A stretch of 63,842 bases of DNA, filler included, from Octopus bimaculoides (GCF_001194135.2; 6 parts of 5 records of this genome joined end to end with filler, not necessarily neighbours in it), one strand, 5' to 3'; positions 38,491-52,620 are shown, numbered from the whole stretch's first letter. A program made the numbers and translations. The notes: generated by a model not told the origin, from the sequence alone.

Positions 38491-39267
38491 TAGTATATGT
38501 AATATAATATTTATTTATTTAATATATATATATATATATTTATAATAGTTATAAGACATTTACATCATTAATGAATCATAGAGTAACTGTTGTCTCGACA
38601 AATCTTCAAACCTCTAACATAGTACTGTGGTGGAATATGAACATTAATGAACATTAAATAACATAGAGATAGACACGCATGGGTTAGTGACTAGGGTGTT
38701 GGGCTCACGATCATAAGGTTATGAGTTCGATTCTCGAACAAGTCACTTCATTTCACGTTGCTCCGACTACTGAGCCGTAAACGAGTAACCAGCTGACCAC
38801 AAGTGTAGCTCTTTGTCCCTGCAGCTGTCAAATCGTCGATGTGCCGCGTGGTAAAGGGTAGATGGACAGAAATGGTACTTTTATCTGCTCGTGATTACAT
38901 AGATACCGTAAACAATTAACGAAAGCGTGGTTCAAGCTACCAGGTCATACTGACTTGTGAGTTATGCGTGAGCTTTTACGCATATGTACGTGTGTCATAT
39001 GCATGTCTGTCTGTGCATGTGCGCGAGGGGAGGTTTGTGTGAGTGTTTGCATGAGGGATGAAACCAACTGAGTAAGTTCCAACCTTTAAAAATATAAGTA
39101 CTGGAGGTCCATTTGTTAGACTAGACAGTTCAAGGCACCTCAGCGTAATCGCAGTCCAATAACTGAAACATGTAAAAAATGCAATATAATTTTACGAAAT
39201 TATGAACAAATGTTTTTTTATATTTTTTTTAATAATTTTTGCTTTCTATTTTCATTTCTGTTTCCAG

Positions 39268-39306
39268 CGCAAAAATATACTCCATTGCCACCAACTAAAT
39301 CACCCG
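39268..39306 (+). CDS. Linker microexon 3, (A)QKYTPLPPTKSP
   Basis: tttccAG acceptor, CCG|GTAAGT donor. 39 nt, phase 1-1, paralogous to linkers 1 and 2, in frame with vWA3. Confidence 0.8.
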
Positions 39307-39659
39307 GTAAGTAAAAAATTTTACAACTAATAACAGCTGTTGTTGTTGTTGTTGTTTGTTATAAAGTTTGTGTTGTCGTTTAGAACATTCGCAGGTCAGC
39401 CCTGATTGAGTTGATATATGACGAAAGGTATTCCAATCCAGCTATGACCGTCCCATTTTGTTTCAGCTTTCTTATACCCCAAGCTACATTATCTGATGCA
39501 GACTTTCAGCTTTAAAGACAGTATGACATAACTTGAACGAGTATTTGACTAGTATTTCCAGCAGATCGATCACAGATTATGTACAGGCTTCCTCCTCGGT
39601 TTTTTGTTATTATTGATAATGATGACAACCACGACCACAACGATGACGATGACGATGAC

Positions 39660-39691
<32 letters not shown>

Positions 39692-40419
39692 CGACGACGA
39701 CGACGATGACGACGAGGAGGAGGGGGGAGGAGGGGAGGAGGGGAGCAGGAGGAGGAGGAGGAGGGGAGCAGGAGGAGGAGGAGCAGGAGGGGNNNNNNNN
39801 NNGGGGGGGAGGGGAGGAGGGGAGCAGGAGGAGGAGGAGGAGGGGAGCAGGAGGAGGAGGAGCAGGAGGGGAGCAGGAGGTGAGCAGGAGGGAGCAGGAA
39901 GGGAGCAGGAGGAGGAGGAGGATACAGCGCTGATTATAATGACGTTCGCGTTGATGTCGGTGACGTTGTGGGGTGAGGGGAGGAGGGTGGGATATATAAA
40001 CGGTCAGAGAATAAAATCTAACGAATGACACCTAATTTTATGATACGTGTGGATAACCGCGGCCTTCTCAACTCAAGGTCAGCATTGCAATCCCTTGTTG
40101 ACACTTTACATCATATAATACGTGTGCCCCTACTAAAAGCAGCTTCCATCTCCACAAAGCATTGGTTGGTCAGTCAGGCCGAGTATTATTGTTTGTTGTT
40201 TTGAATTTGGACACGATTGCCATGTGGTCTTGTAAACACTAGACATAATACAAGATAGAATATAATACAGGACAATACATTTCTTTATTAGCCTCAAGAC
40301 TCCGAAGACACTGAAGACTATACAAATAACTAAATACAATGGAGTGGCGATTTATATAATACGCAAAAAGAAAATAAATATGACATAAAAAAGTACTAAG
40401 AAAGAAAAGTCCTGAACAG

Positions 40420-40790
40420 GCCCAGATGTGGCTGTGTGGTAAGAAGTCTGCTTTTCAACCACATGGTTCTGGATTCAGTCCCACTGCGTTGCACATCGGG
40501 CAAGTGTCTTCTACTATGGTCTTGGGTTAATCGAAGTCTTGTGAATGAATTTCGAATACAGAAATTGAAAGAAGCCCGCTGTAGATATATATGCGTGTGT
40601 GTATGTTTGTCTCCCACCACCACTTGATAACCGGTGTTGGTGTGTTTATGTACCCGTAGCCTACCGGTTCGGTAAAAAGAGGCTGAATAAGTACAAAAAT
40701 TTATATATTAAGTACGTGGGTCGACTAGTTCAACTAAAATTCTTCAAAGCGGTGTTCCAGCATGGTCTAATAACTGAAATAAATATACGA
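40420..40790 (+). mobile_element. Family A SINE
   Basis: gtggctgtgtggtaagaag...ggattcagtcccactgcg...(TA/TG)...cttgataaccggtgttgg...gttccagcatgg. Confidence 0.85.
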
Positions 40791-41989
40791 TAAAAATTAA
40801 AAGACCAGTGGGTAAAGGTTATCTAAGTCCAACCAAAGAAACCTACAGGCTCGTGTCAAGAGTAATTGTCATTTCTCAACTGTTATTTTCCTGTCTACAG
40901 ACATGCGCTTATAGCAGGTTTGTTCACGTGGGTCATGTTCACCACTTTAACCAACCTTTGAAGGAATGTAAATGGGGAAGTATCTTCTTATTCAGCTTGA
41001 CCTTTCTCTCCGTGTCGAACTTTAAAATGTCGATGAGAACTTAACCGAAAGAGGAAAGCGTCTGTCTTTAATTTTTTTCAGTTGCGTTCACCACACAATA
41101 TGTTTTGCCGTGGCCTTATTAGCAAAAAGAAGATAGTTGGGAGATCTTCAAGGTGGACTCAACTGATTGTCAGTTCTGTTCTACAGATAACAAGAGTTGC
41201 TTCACAAAACACCTCAAATGAGCAACGATCGACCACTGAATGAATACATGCAGAAAGATTTCATCTTCCAGTCGACTGTAGACTGCAAAGTTTGGCTTGA
41301 ACTGGTAGTGCCGTCCGGTAGCTCTGCCAGGTCAGGATTACTATAAGTTACCCAAAGTATCTCAGCTGATTGTTGTAGAATTACAGCTTTTACGGAAAGC
41401 TGTCCTGGACAATCCAACCATCACATTGCCCGATTAGTAGAGAGCCGTCTACACCTGACGTTATTCACAGTCCCTGGCATTCATAGTCTTGGTTTTCACA
41501 AGAATGAAATCCTGAAAATAATGTTTAAAATATAAACACAAGGACAGGCAGATAGAAGTTTGGTAATATAAGAGATTAAATCGATATCTGTACTCAATTG
41601 GAATTTTATTTTATCGATTCCTCGCGGAAGAAAGGCAGTATTTCCCCCAGTTTTAATTAGACTCAATGAAATATGGGAAGGCAGATATTTCATCCGATGA
41701 TACCTTCTACTGGCCTTCTACTAATTACACTAATTTAGATTCTAATTTTCCTGACAATTAACCTTTACTTTAGAGAGAATGTTAAGGTTAATAATCCGAA
41801 AAATTAGAATCTTAATAACAACAGCTCATTTGGGACATTTTGAAATTAATTATTAATAGTAACCATTAACCTTAACATCTATACTGTTGAGGCTTCTACT
41901 ACTACTACTTCTACAAATTGCTGGCCTTGTGCCAAAATTTGAGACCTAGTAGTAGTAGTTGTAATGATAATAATGAAAATAATAACAAT

Positions 41990-42655
41990 CCTTTCTCGTA
42001 AAGGCACAAGGCCTGAAATTTGGTGGGAAGGGACAAGTCGACCACAGTGCATCACTGGCACTTATTTTGAAAAGATGGAAGGTAAAATCGACCTCGACGG
42101 AATTTGAACTCAGAACGTAAGGAGGGAAGAAATGCCACTAAGAATTTTGCCCAGCGTGCTGAATATTCTATCAGCTTGTCACCTTAGTAATAATAATAGT
42201 AGTAATCCTTTTTACTAAATGGCACAAAGCCTGAAATTTGGGAGGAGAGGACTACTCGATTACATCGACCCCAGTGTTTCACTGATATTTGATTTATCGA
42301 CCCCGAAAGGATGAAAGGCAAAGTCGACCTCGGCGAAATATTTGAACTCAAAACACGAAGACTGACGAAATACCGCATTTCACCTGGCGTGCTAACGAGT
42401 CTGCCAGCTCGACACCTTAATAATAATAAAAATAATAATGGTTTCAAATTTTAGCAAAAGGCCAGCAATGTTGAGGGGAGGGGATTAGTCATTTACTTCC
42501 ACTCCACTAATTGGCTGGTACTGTTTTTTATCAGTCAGAAAGGATGAAAGACAAAGCTGATGTCGGGATTTGAATTCAGAACGTGATGGAAGAAATTCCG
42601 CTGGAAGAAATTCCGCTGGAAGAAATTCCGCTAAGCATTTTGTCCGACGCTTAAC
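41990..42655 (-). mobile_element. Cluster of three family C SINE copies
   Basis: Repeated ccgaaaggatgaaaggcaaagtcgacc and gaatttgaactcag motifs; one copy has a 3x15-bp internal expansion (gaagaaattccgctg). Confidence 0.75.
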
Positions 42656-45003
42656 AAGAGTTGACTGGTTTAGCATCGAGAGTTACATTGCCCTTTACCA
42701 ACATTTGTTAAACACACCGGAGACCAGCGACTCCCTATTCACCCTAAACTTCCATTTTAAGTGGTTCTGGAGAAGTTACTGAGAGCTAGAAAAAAAAGCT
42801 CTGTCCTTAAACCACAGAAAACTTGCTCCCCGATAACCAATAGACAGACGGAGACTAACTAGCCATTCTAGCTAAAGGAGGGTAGTGAATGGATCTTTAC
42901 AATAGACTTGGTTGATAGCTAAGCTCTTCTTACATGTGATAGCAGGTGTTCAACAAAAGTCTTCGTGTCGGCAATTCACTGACTCTGAACGAGTAAAACC
43001 TGGATGGTTCCGTCGCTCTGTTTGCATCTAAATGTTTGACTGCGGGACTTCTATAATAGCAGAATTTGTGCCGAAGAAGCAATGCCCCACCTAGAACATT
43101 TCCATGTCAAGTTATTGGAAAATTGTCTACGATCTCCTACATTAAGGTTTACCAGAAGGGACAGTACAGACTGTCCCAGATGACATCCAGGAAACGTTCG
43201 AGCCCACCGATACTTATACTTTGCGCCAACGCTTTATAGAATGTGATTGCTATATGTTGACCACAGAGGCAGTACAAACGTGAAGTAAAAAAAGGAACAA
43301 GCAGTAAAACAGTGAGTTAATTACACCGGATAAAGTGTAAGATCAGCAACAACAATAATGACAATAATAAATAGCAATAACAATATAAATTTTTAAAAAC
43401 CCTTTATCGAGAGGCAACCTTAGTGAGTAATTCGTGACATCCCACTATACACAACCCCGGACTATTAAATGCCTTCTTCCAGGTCTTAATTCCACTACAG
43501 GCGCACAATTCGAGTAGCCCCTGTCAATCTCTTTCTAATTTACCGAAGGTCATCCCACGCATTCTCGCTACATCTTTCTATTCACATCGTAATTAATGAG
43601 ATTTCAGCCTGAATAGAAAAGTCCTATCTTCAAACATTTCAACCGTATACACTCCACTCCTTTTATTGTCCAGACTACCTGAGGAAGATTACCTGTTCTT
43701 TTGTGGTCAAAGGAAGGCGATGGGCCGATGTTCACGAGATAGTTGACCCATAGTCAGACCTGTCCAGGGCGTGTCAAAGCAGTTTGATATAAAGCCACAA
43801 ATCAGTAATATACGGACACATATCAGACTGTCACTTTGCTGCTAATGATAATTATGTTCAACAACTAAGAAAAGAATCACACATTTATATGAGAAGGTTA
43901 TGGTCGAGTGAATCGACTCCCTGTTTCGTTATAACTGCTTTTCTATCGATCAGAAGTAAAAGTGAAAAGCAAAGCTTAAAATATTCATAATATCGAATAC
44001 TAAAACTAGTCACTCACTGATGCATCTTATACAAGTTATTCTCAGGAAATATATAACGAAAATTGCATATGTTTATTGCTAAACAGCTTGTAGCAAGACA
44101 TGCAGTGGAAGGAGGCAGTGATAAAGATATTAACGACATGATCCTCACAATCAGTATCATCGTTGTAATACAGGTTGCTAGTATCAGTAGAAAGCAACAC
44201 ATAATGAAGGAAGGTTATAGTCTCTTGTACCAAGGCCACATGCTAATGGTAGATATATTATATACCCTGAAGGGATGTAAAAGCTAAATTGATTCTGGTA
44301 AACGATTTCAACTAAAAGCGTAAAAAGCACTTCTAGAACTGCATATATATTGAACATAGTGCTTTCAATTGAATGGAAACGTAAGAATCTAAACTAAAAA
44401 AAAAAAAAAGCATCTGGAATTTGATGCATGGATAGAAAGGACAAGATCTTAATGAAATTTAGACAGTAAAAAATATACAATTACATTGATGCGTGGATAT
44501 GGAAAAATATGAGATTGAAACAGTCCTTTTTCTTATTTCCTCAAACTGAAACTATAGACACTTTTAAAAAATAATAATTTCAGTGGGTCGAATTCTTGGC
44601 TTGAATCAAAAACCTTCAGTTTTGTGTTCTCTCAACTAAACTGTATCGATACCCACGAAAGAATTCATAATTTATAGTAAAATAGATTTGATCATTAGAT
44701 GAAAATATTTTATTAGAATTGTTCACCAAACGAAATGCGTTAAATAGTGGCCAGAGGAAAATCTCATTCCAAATTCAAAAATTATTCAAAATATAATAGG
44801 TTTGTTGTGAGTGAATACAATTTTGTTTCTTCTTTTTTTTTTCAGCGATTTTGATTTGCTTGGAACATGTGTGTGTGTGTGGGGGGGGGGAAGGGCCGCA
44901 ACAGTGTGTGAATATGAGAGGGGAATACGTTAAATAAAATCATAAACTGATCCTCTTGTATTTTCTTTTACCAAAGCCAGAAACTTTTTTCAGTATTCCC
45001 TCG

Positions 45004-45115
<112 letters not shown>

Positions 45116-45472
45116 TTGTAAACAAACCCGGAGGTTTGATAAGTTAGGGAGGTAAAGCGACTACGAAAATCTTTTTTATATACAATAATAACTATATAAT
45201 AATGTATGATAATAATAATATATACTCCGATTAAAGCGACATTCATCTAAACATTTGACTAAAAAATGATGAGTTAGTTTACAAATATTATATGTAGTTC
45301 TAGACAGTTAAGCATCTATACATAAAATTTGACTGAAATTTATGGGTGAGTGTTCTGATTCAATCGGGTGTGCAAGGAACCATGTTAGCGTTGATATGTA
45401 AGTTCAATTCTAGCTGGAGTTATGTCATCATTTTTCAATCAGTTGTTTAGATAAATGTCGCTTGAATTGGAG

Positions 45473-45504
<32 letters not shown>

Positions 45505-45518
45505 TGCATGTATGTATA

Positions 45519-45663
45519 CAGGGTTGGCCAAAAGTCACCCGACAGTAAATCGAAATTTCATAAATACTATCTGTAATTCTGTATTGACTCGAATGGTAAA
45601 ATGTGTCGCTCAAGAAGAACTTCTTTAGTCTGAATTTTATTTTTCATTGTTTCATATTTAGAT
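45519..45663. mobile_element. Tc1/mariner-like terminus running into a gap
   Basis: TA followed by CAGGGTTGGCCAAAAGTCACCCGACAG, resembling a Tc1/mariner TIR start. The partner end is not visible. Confidence 0.45.
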
Positions 45664-46294
45664 NNNNNNNNNNNNNNNNNNNNNNNNNNNNNNNNNNNNN
45701 NNNNNNNNNNNNNNNNNNNNNNNNNNNNNNNNNNNNNNNNNNNNNNNNNNNNNNNNNNNNNNNNNNNNNNNNNNNNNNNNNNNNNNNNNNNNNNNNNNNN
45801 NNNNNNNNNNNNNNNNNNNNNNNNNNNNNNNNNNNNNNNNNNNNNNNNNNNNNNNNNNNNNNNNNNNNNNNNNNNNNNNNNNNNNNNNNNNNNNNNNNNN
45901 NNNNNNNNNNNNNNNNNNNNNNNNNNNNNNNNNNNNNNNNNNNNNNNNNNNNNNNNNNNNNNNNNNNNNNNNNNNNNNNNNNNNNNNNNNNNNNAAGTCT
46001 AATTAGATACAAATGAAGGCGCATGTGTTATATTAAAATTTTCCTTCCTCCAGAGAAACTTCTTAACAAAGACATGGCGAGTGGGTTTTCTCACTCTCAG
46101 CTGTTCGATGTCATTTGACTATCCCGAGGTCATCCACCTTTCGACAAGTTTTATTCTTTGTCCTACAAAGTATCCAACAAGAGAATTGTTTTCCTTACTA
46201 AGCAAGCTCGATAAAGTTGCCATTTTAGTCGCGAGCACACGACAGGTTGTACTACGTCACATTACTATCATCACTCAGAGGACAGTGACACGTA

Positions 46295-46328
<34 letters not shown>

Positions 46329-46554
46329 ATACATATAATGTTTAGCTTTATCATAATGGCTAGCCATGAACAGCATAGAGAGTGCTTTTTTTCACTGTAT
46401 ATATAATTATTATTAATTATTATTATTATTTCTAACTCGACTGATTTACCTAGAGTAGTGTCTTCTTTCAGCCTACCAACACACCACTATATCATTGTAT
46501 GATAGTCTTCTGTTAAATGCCATTATCCATATAATTTTTGTTTCTGTTTTTCAG

Positions 46555-46831
46555 TTGTCTGCAATCGCACGATGGCTGATATAATATTTGCACTGGACAC
46601 TTCGGCAAGTGTGGATGAACATAGCTACAAGTTAATGCTAACTTTTGTTCATCGTATGGTACAATCCTTCGACATAGGTAAAGATGATGTCAGAGTAGGA
46701 CTGGTCACTTTTTCTGATAACTCTGTACTTGAATTCCATTTGAACAAATATTTCAACGCATCAGAGTTGGACAAAGCTATATCGAACGTCAAGTACAAAG
46801 CTGGCTCTACGAATACTGCAGACGCTCTCAG
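46555..46831 (+). CDS. vWA domain 3, first exon
   Basis: ttttcAG acceptor. VVCNRTMADIIFALDTSASV...GSTNTADAL; ends CTCAG|GTAATT (phase 2). Confidence 0.93.
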
Positions 46832-47112
46832 GTAATTTATATAAACGTGTAAACGTGTGTGTGTGTGTGTGTGTGTGCGTGCGCATCAATATATATAATA
46901 AGGATTCAGATAGAATCGGGTACTTGAAAAGATAAGTTCTGGTACACAGAGAAAACCAACCCTATGAGTATTTAGCGCCTAGAGGCTGGTCCGAAGCACA
47001 TGTTTCGGTGATTGTACGTTGTTGGTATACTCCAGAGTGTCCGACGTTTCGTAAATCGATTTTCCACATATGTAGTAGATATCAAACCAAATATTTACTA
47101 TTCTTCTTTCAG

Positions 47113-47402
47113 ATACATTAGAACAATTAGTCTTTTACCGCAAAACGGTAATCGACCAAATATTCCCAACATCGTTATCGTCCTCACGGATGGCAAGTCA
47201 AACGTTCCGGCATCAACAACTGCTGAAGCTATGAAGCTGAAGAAGTTGGCCACTGTTTTCTCTATTGGTATTGGTTCCCAAGCATTCTATCGAGAACTGA
47301 AAGATATTTCAACAGATCCAGACGCCGATCATGTTTTCACAGTTAGCAACTTCAAAGCTTTGGAGAAAATCAGGGCCACGCTTGCTGTAAGAACTTGTGA
47401 AG
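47113..47402 (+). CDS. vWA domain 3, second exon
   Basis: ctttcAG acceptor in phase 2 (AG|A = Arg). RYIRTISLL...VLTDGKS...FSIGIG...RTCE; GAAG|GTGATA donor. The two exons total 567 nt, the same as vWA2. Confidence 0.93.
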
Positions 47403-47699
47403 GTGATATCTTGTTATTATCAATTTTTATTTCTTTAATATTCTCCTGCACCGTTGCCACAACTACCATCATCCACTCCACCATGCCCCTGCCGCCTCCA
47501 TTACAAGATCCGTTGCCGTCGTCGTTGTCGTCGTCATCATCATTACTACTGATCTCATCCCTATAAATCTTAATATAATCACCAACAAATGCAGTGGCAG
47601 CAGCAGCGTTATTCTATCATCATTATCAGCAGCTACATGTTACCATCAGCAACGCAACAGCATCATCTCTATTACTATTATCACCAACATAATCGTCAC

Positions 47700-47731
<32 letters not shown>

Positions 47732-49974
47732 ATTTGTCGTGATCATTTCGTTATTTCCCATATAAGCAATACGTTGTGGTTTCTTTGTTATTTGTTTCTT
47801 TTTTTTTCAAGATGGTAGCTTATAGTAGCAAGTTGTGCCTTCATATGTAAGATCTCTGATTATTTTATCTGTTAAGTTACCACACTTAATTCCGATCTAC
47901 TTTAATCCTCAAAAGCCTTGTCACTAAAATTTGGTTTAACATATATCTTAGAGAAGCCCGTCCGAGAAAGAGAGTTCCTGTTCGTGGACCGCAGTCGTCA
48001 TCGCTATTTCGGTTTAACAACACCGCGTGACTCTCTTAGATACTTTTAGTGGAGTCCACTCTTTTGCAAGCATTTGGTCTAAGTCAATGAATAACTTGCT
48101 GTTTTCTTTCCACCATGTTCTGGGGCCATAAAAATTGTCATGAACAGAGCCCTCCTCCCCTTTGATTAACTCATTAAAATAACACAATAACCGGAGACGC
48201 TTGCTCTACAGAGGAAGTAATTATCACTCAACCGGTTTATTTCACTAAACCCTAAATGTGCTCTGATGTTTTACTTATATCTGTGTTTTTGGCAGCTGGT
48301 TTGAAGGATACTGGCCAACCATAATGATACCGTTAACGGTAGAAACATACGTTTGATGTTTGCTTATTTACATGTGCTGGTGATTGTGACCCTCTTGTTT
48401 CTTGTATTCTCTTTATCTTTGAGATTCTAGTTCTGGTGAGGGTTAAACTTATATAGGGAGTTTATAGTTTATGATTGTTTTTTTTTTAATAATGCATTAT
48501 ACTATGATCTGTATGATCATGGAATGATCTGTATGATTGTGTTTCATTGAAATTCTGCTTCTGGCAAGGGTTAAACTCGTTAATGGAGTTTTTGTTGAAT
48601 ATGTATATGGCATATACATAAATATATATATATATATATATACATACATACATACATNNNNNNNNNNNNNNNATATATATATATATATATATATACTTAT
48701 GACACATGTATACGATGACTTTGGGGGATTGTACCAGCTAGCATGAAGTATGTTGGTGATGGATACAGCAGAGCTAATATTGTTATAAAAGCGAGTACAA
48801 AAGACGAAGGTGGTCAACCGAAAGGTTGTTAAGAAGGCGACATCAGCAGCTGCCACTCCATTACATTTCCATATAAATAACACCTGCATGCTCATTCCAA
48901 TTTTCTCCGATCAATGATTCAATTAATTTTTGAGATGTATTCATTTTTTCTTTTTTTCTTTTTTTTGCGTCTTTACTTTGTGATGAAGTTTATCAGAAAC
49001 ATTCAGCAACTTCCTCCAGGCTTACACTTCGCAGCTGCTTCAGCTCTTCGTACACAAAAAAAAAATGGAAGTGTTGTACTGGTTAATACACTTCAGGCCG
49101 GAATATATTATAAACTTTTGTTTGTTGTTGATTTTCCTGTATTCCGAACATTCTTGATATTTTTTTCTCAATGTATTTAACATATTTCCTTCTACATTTT
49201 GAATTTCATCTGACACCGACTCTCTTTCACTCAAGATTTGTATTAAGCAGCCTCGCTTTTGTCCCTTCCATCCAACATCTCAGCAACCAACAAATTGGGT
49301 GTCTCTATTCATATACAATTAGTTTGCTTCATTGATTTTTTTTAATGTCCACTTTGTTATCTCAGGAACTACGGAACCAAGAAAGAGTACTATTTCTTTT
49401 AACCTTGCGGTCTTTTTGTTTTTCACAATTTTGTTTGAGTGTTGTTTTAGCTAGTTATTGAGAAATTAAAGTGCAGAGACCAGCTCTATTCAGCGTAGAC
49501 GAGCTACAGGTATATAACAAAAAGACCAAATTAATACCACGTAAAACGAAATGTATTAGAAATACGTTCACATTGTCGTCATAGGAACACAATATTGAAT
49601 TTTAGTGGGTATAATAATAAAAATGTTTTCAAATACTGACAACATAAAGACAGAAATACATTCACACAGAGAGATTTAATGAAATAACATACTTTTCGAT
49701 ATTAATGGCTATAAAAATATAATACATTTAAATATTGACCACATATATATTGAAATATATTCGCACACATAGATATATAACAATATAAATTTGGATATTG
49801 GTAACTAACAGTGAAATATGCAGGAACTTTCCGCAGGAAATATGCAGGAAATTTCCGCAGCCACCAGACTAGTTTAATGGTACCTTTCACAATACAGTAT
49901 CAATAAACTTGTATAATTTATTCTAATGTACTGGTTCCTGTATTTCATTTAGTTAACCTTTTATAATCTTCTAA

Positions 49975-50189
49975 TCTGTTACTTGTTTCAATCATTAGAC
50001 TACGACCATGCGGGGGTACCACCTTAAAGAAGTTTAGTCGAACGACTTGACCCCTGTACTTACTTTCTTAAAGCCTAGTACTTATTCTTTCGATCTCTTA
50101 GGCCAAGCGAGGACGTAAACACATCAATACCGGTTGTCAAGTGATCGTGGTGAGAAAGAGACAGACATAAAAACACGCACACACAAACA

Positions 50190-50231
<42 letters not shown>

Positions 50232-50390
50232 CAACAGGAGTCTTTCAGTTGCCGCCTGCCAAATCCACTCAGAGGGCTCTGGTCGGCCCGAGGCTAAAGT
50301 AGAAGTCACTTGCCCGAGGTGTCATGCAATGGGGATGAACCCAAAGCATGTGGTTGGGAAGAAAACTTCTTACCACACAGTCATACCTGC
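49975..50390 (-). mobile_element. Family A SINE
   Basis: Reverse complement of the head, (CA)n and tail. Further partial copies at about 35460-35570, 52475-52570, 53660-54055, 55020-55185 and 57514-57560. Confidence 0.8.
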
Positions 50391-50574
50391 GCAAATTATA
50401 TGAGTAAGTTTAATATTTGTTTAATTTAGAGAGTGTTGGACAATGTGAACACCGCTTATTCGTAACTATCAGTAATCCGGAAATGTTTTGGAACCAAAGG
50501 TTCCGGGAAATCGATGTTGTATTTGCATACTGAAATATTGGCTTCGAGTTCAAAAAAGAAAAGGACAAATCAAA

Positions 50575-50818
50575 TTCTTTTTCCTTATTTCTTTACTGCT
50601 CACAAGGGGCTACACACAGAGGGGACAAACAAGGACAGACAGACGGATTAAGTCGATTATATCGACCAGAGTGCGTAACTGGTACTTATTTAATCGACTC
50701 CGAAAGGATGAAAGGCAAAGTCGACCTCGGCGGAATTTGAACTTAGAACATAAAGACAGACGAAATACCGCTAAGCATTTCGCCCGGCGTGCTAACGTGT
50801 CTGCCAGCTCACCGCCTT
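50575..50818 (-). mobile_element. Family C SINE, well preserved
   Basis: Reverse complement of the 55699 copy. Other copies at about 14005-14128, 25322-25478, 28312-28447, 53455-53585, 54133-54300 and 63205-63600. Confidence 0.85.
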
Positions 50819-52589
50819 TTCCTTTTTATTTAATTCATTAACATCTGTGTTAACCGTAGAACAAAAATATTTCTCTCGTTATGTAATGGAACGGAAGGTG
50901 CCCGCAGATTAAAATCAGTTAAACTTCCCTTTTTAATCTCCAAACACTAAATGCTTATTCTTTTGTAGCTTGTTGTTGTCGCTGTCGTTGTTGTTCTTCT
51001 TGCAGATATTGTTGCTGTTGTTTATTTCTATATCATTTGCAATCGAGCCGACCTATCAGCAGAGATGTTCCAACTGTTATCAACTCGTTTATATATTTAT
51101 TTTTTTATATCCTGGATTATAATTTTGAATATGCCCTATTTTTGTAAAAACAAAATAGTAGAGTGTGTAAATTGAGGGCTATTTTGTTGCTATTTCAAGG
51201 AAATCAATCGACTCGTTGAGGTGCCCTCTTTGGTTTAATTCCCAAGTAGTTTCTTTCTCTGGTAGAAAACCAATTATTTGTACGCGGTTAACTCGCTGAG
51301 AGTCTTATATTTTTCAACTCCGGTTGAATGAACGATAATGTGTCTTCAGAATATAGAAAGACGAACCTTCGGTACATTAATATATTTTAATCTGGTCTTC
51401 TATTTTTCTTCCCTTCTTCCGCCATCTTTTTGTTTGTACAATTTTATAGTAAGAGTTAACAGTTACTGTAATATATTGTTTTACACACTGGCTGAACCCG
51501 TGTTCAAATATTTTCTTCTCTCAATAATCCACTTATGTCTGAAAAATCTATTATGGATGCCCAAATTGCTATCAACATGATTTTCTTTCACATGGATTGT
51601 TTCAAAAATCTCTGCAAATTCAGTTAGTCGTATTCCTACAGACAAATCATCCAAAACTATTCTTCCACAGCAAATTGGTTTGTTATAACACAGGCACTAC
51701 ATATGTACGCGTATATATAGATATGTGTGTGTGTGTGTATATATATACATATATACATGCATATATATATATATACATATGTATATATGTATATATTGAT
51801 ATACACATACATATATACATACATACATACACATATATATATATGCTTTGGAATTTGGATCTCGAAGAATATATGAAGCTATAGATAACAGCGTGTAAAT
51901 ATTTGTTTGAAAAATCCTTTTTGCATTGAAATAATCGAACGCTGCCTGTCCGTTCCCTCGAGAGTTTGTATGTTCTTGTGACGTCAATAACGTATATATA
52001 TATGCATTCATAATTTATTGATAAAGCTGCAAAAACAACATAAAGACTGTTTACTCTACCTCCGGTATTCGAGTACTATTTTTTCCACTTTGTTTCACAT
52101 TTACGTGTTTACTTTGGTATATATGATTGACCGTTGACTGAACACTATTCAATTTTTTTTCTCCGTGTTTTTCTCCTTGTCTCCGTATTCTTTCTGTTGA
52201 AGAGNNNNNNNNNNNNNNNNNNNNNNNNNNNNNNNNNNNNNNNNNNNNTTAATTAATTAANNNNNNNNNNNNNNNNNNNNNNNNNNNNNNNNNNNNNNNN
52301 NNNNACAAGATGTTGTTGGCACTCCGTCGCTTACGACGTCGAGGGTTCCAGTTGATCCGATCAACGGAACAGCCTGCTCGTGAAATTAACGTGCAAGTGG
52401 CTGAGCATTCCACAGACACGTGTACCCTTAACGTAGTTCTCGGGGATATTCAGCGTGAAACAGTGTGACAAGGCTTAAAGAATAAGTCCTGGGGCTGATT
52501 TGTGCGACTAAAAAAGGCGGTGCTCCAGCATGGCTGCAGTCAAATGACTGAAACAAATAAAAGAATAAAAGTATATGTGTGTGTATATT

Positions 52590-52620
<31 letters not shown>

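Noticed and set aside
40800-43300. Non-repetitive-looking, moderately GC-rich intronic stretches (40800-41480, 42700-43280)
   Set aside because: No recognisable protein motif or splice-compatible frame was found by eye; probably old TE debris.
46995-47065. Two CGAAAC motifs (minus strand) inside the vWA3 intron
   Set aside because: No recognisable CUGANGA core or stems, so ribozyme or Penelope origin cannot be supported.
48296-48350. Possible exon after ttttggcAG
   Set aside because: The phase-1 frame hits TAA before any donor.
49366-49386. Possible 21-nt linker exon GTTEPRK
   Set aside because: In frame, but the donor (GA|GTACTA) is weak and it does not resemble the AQ linkers, so chance is likely.
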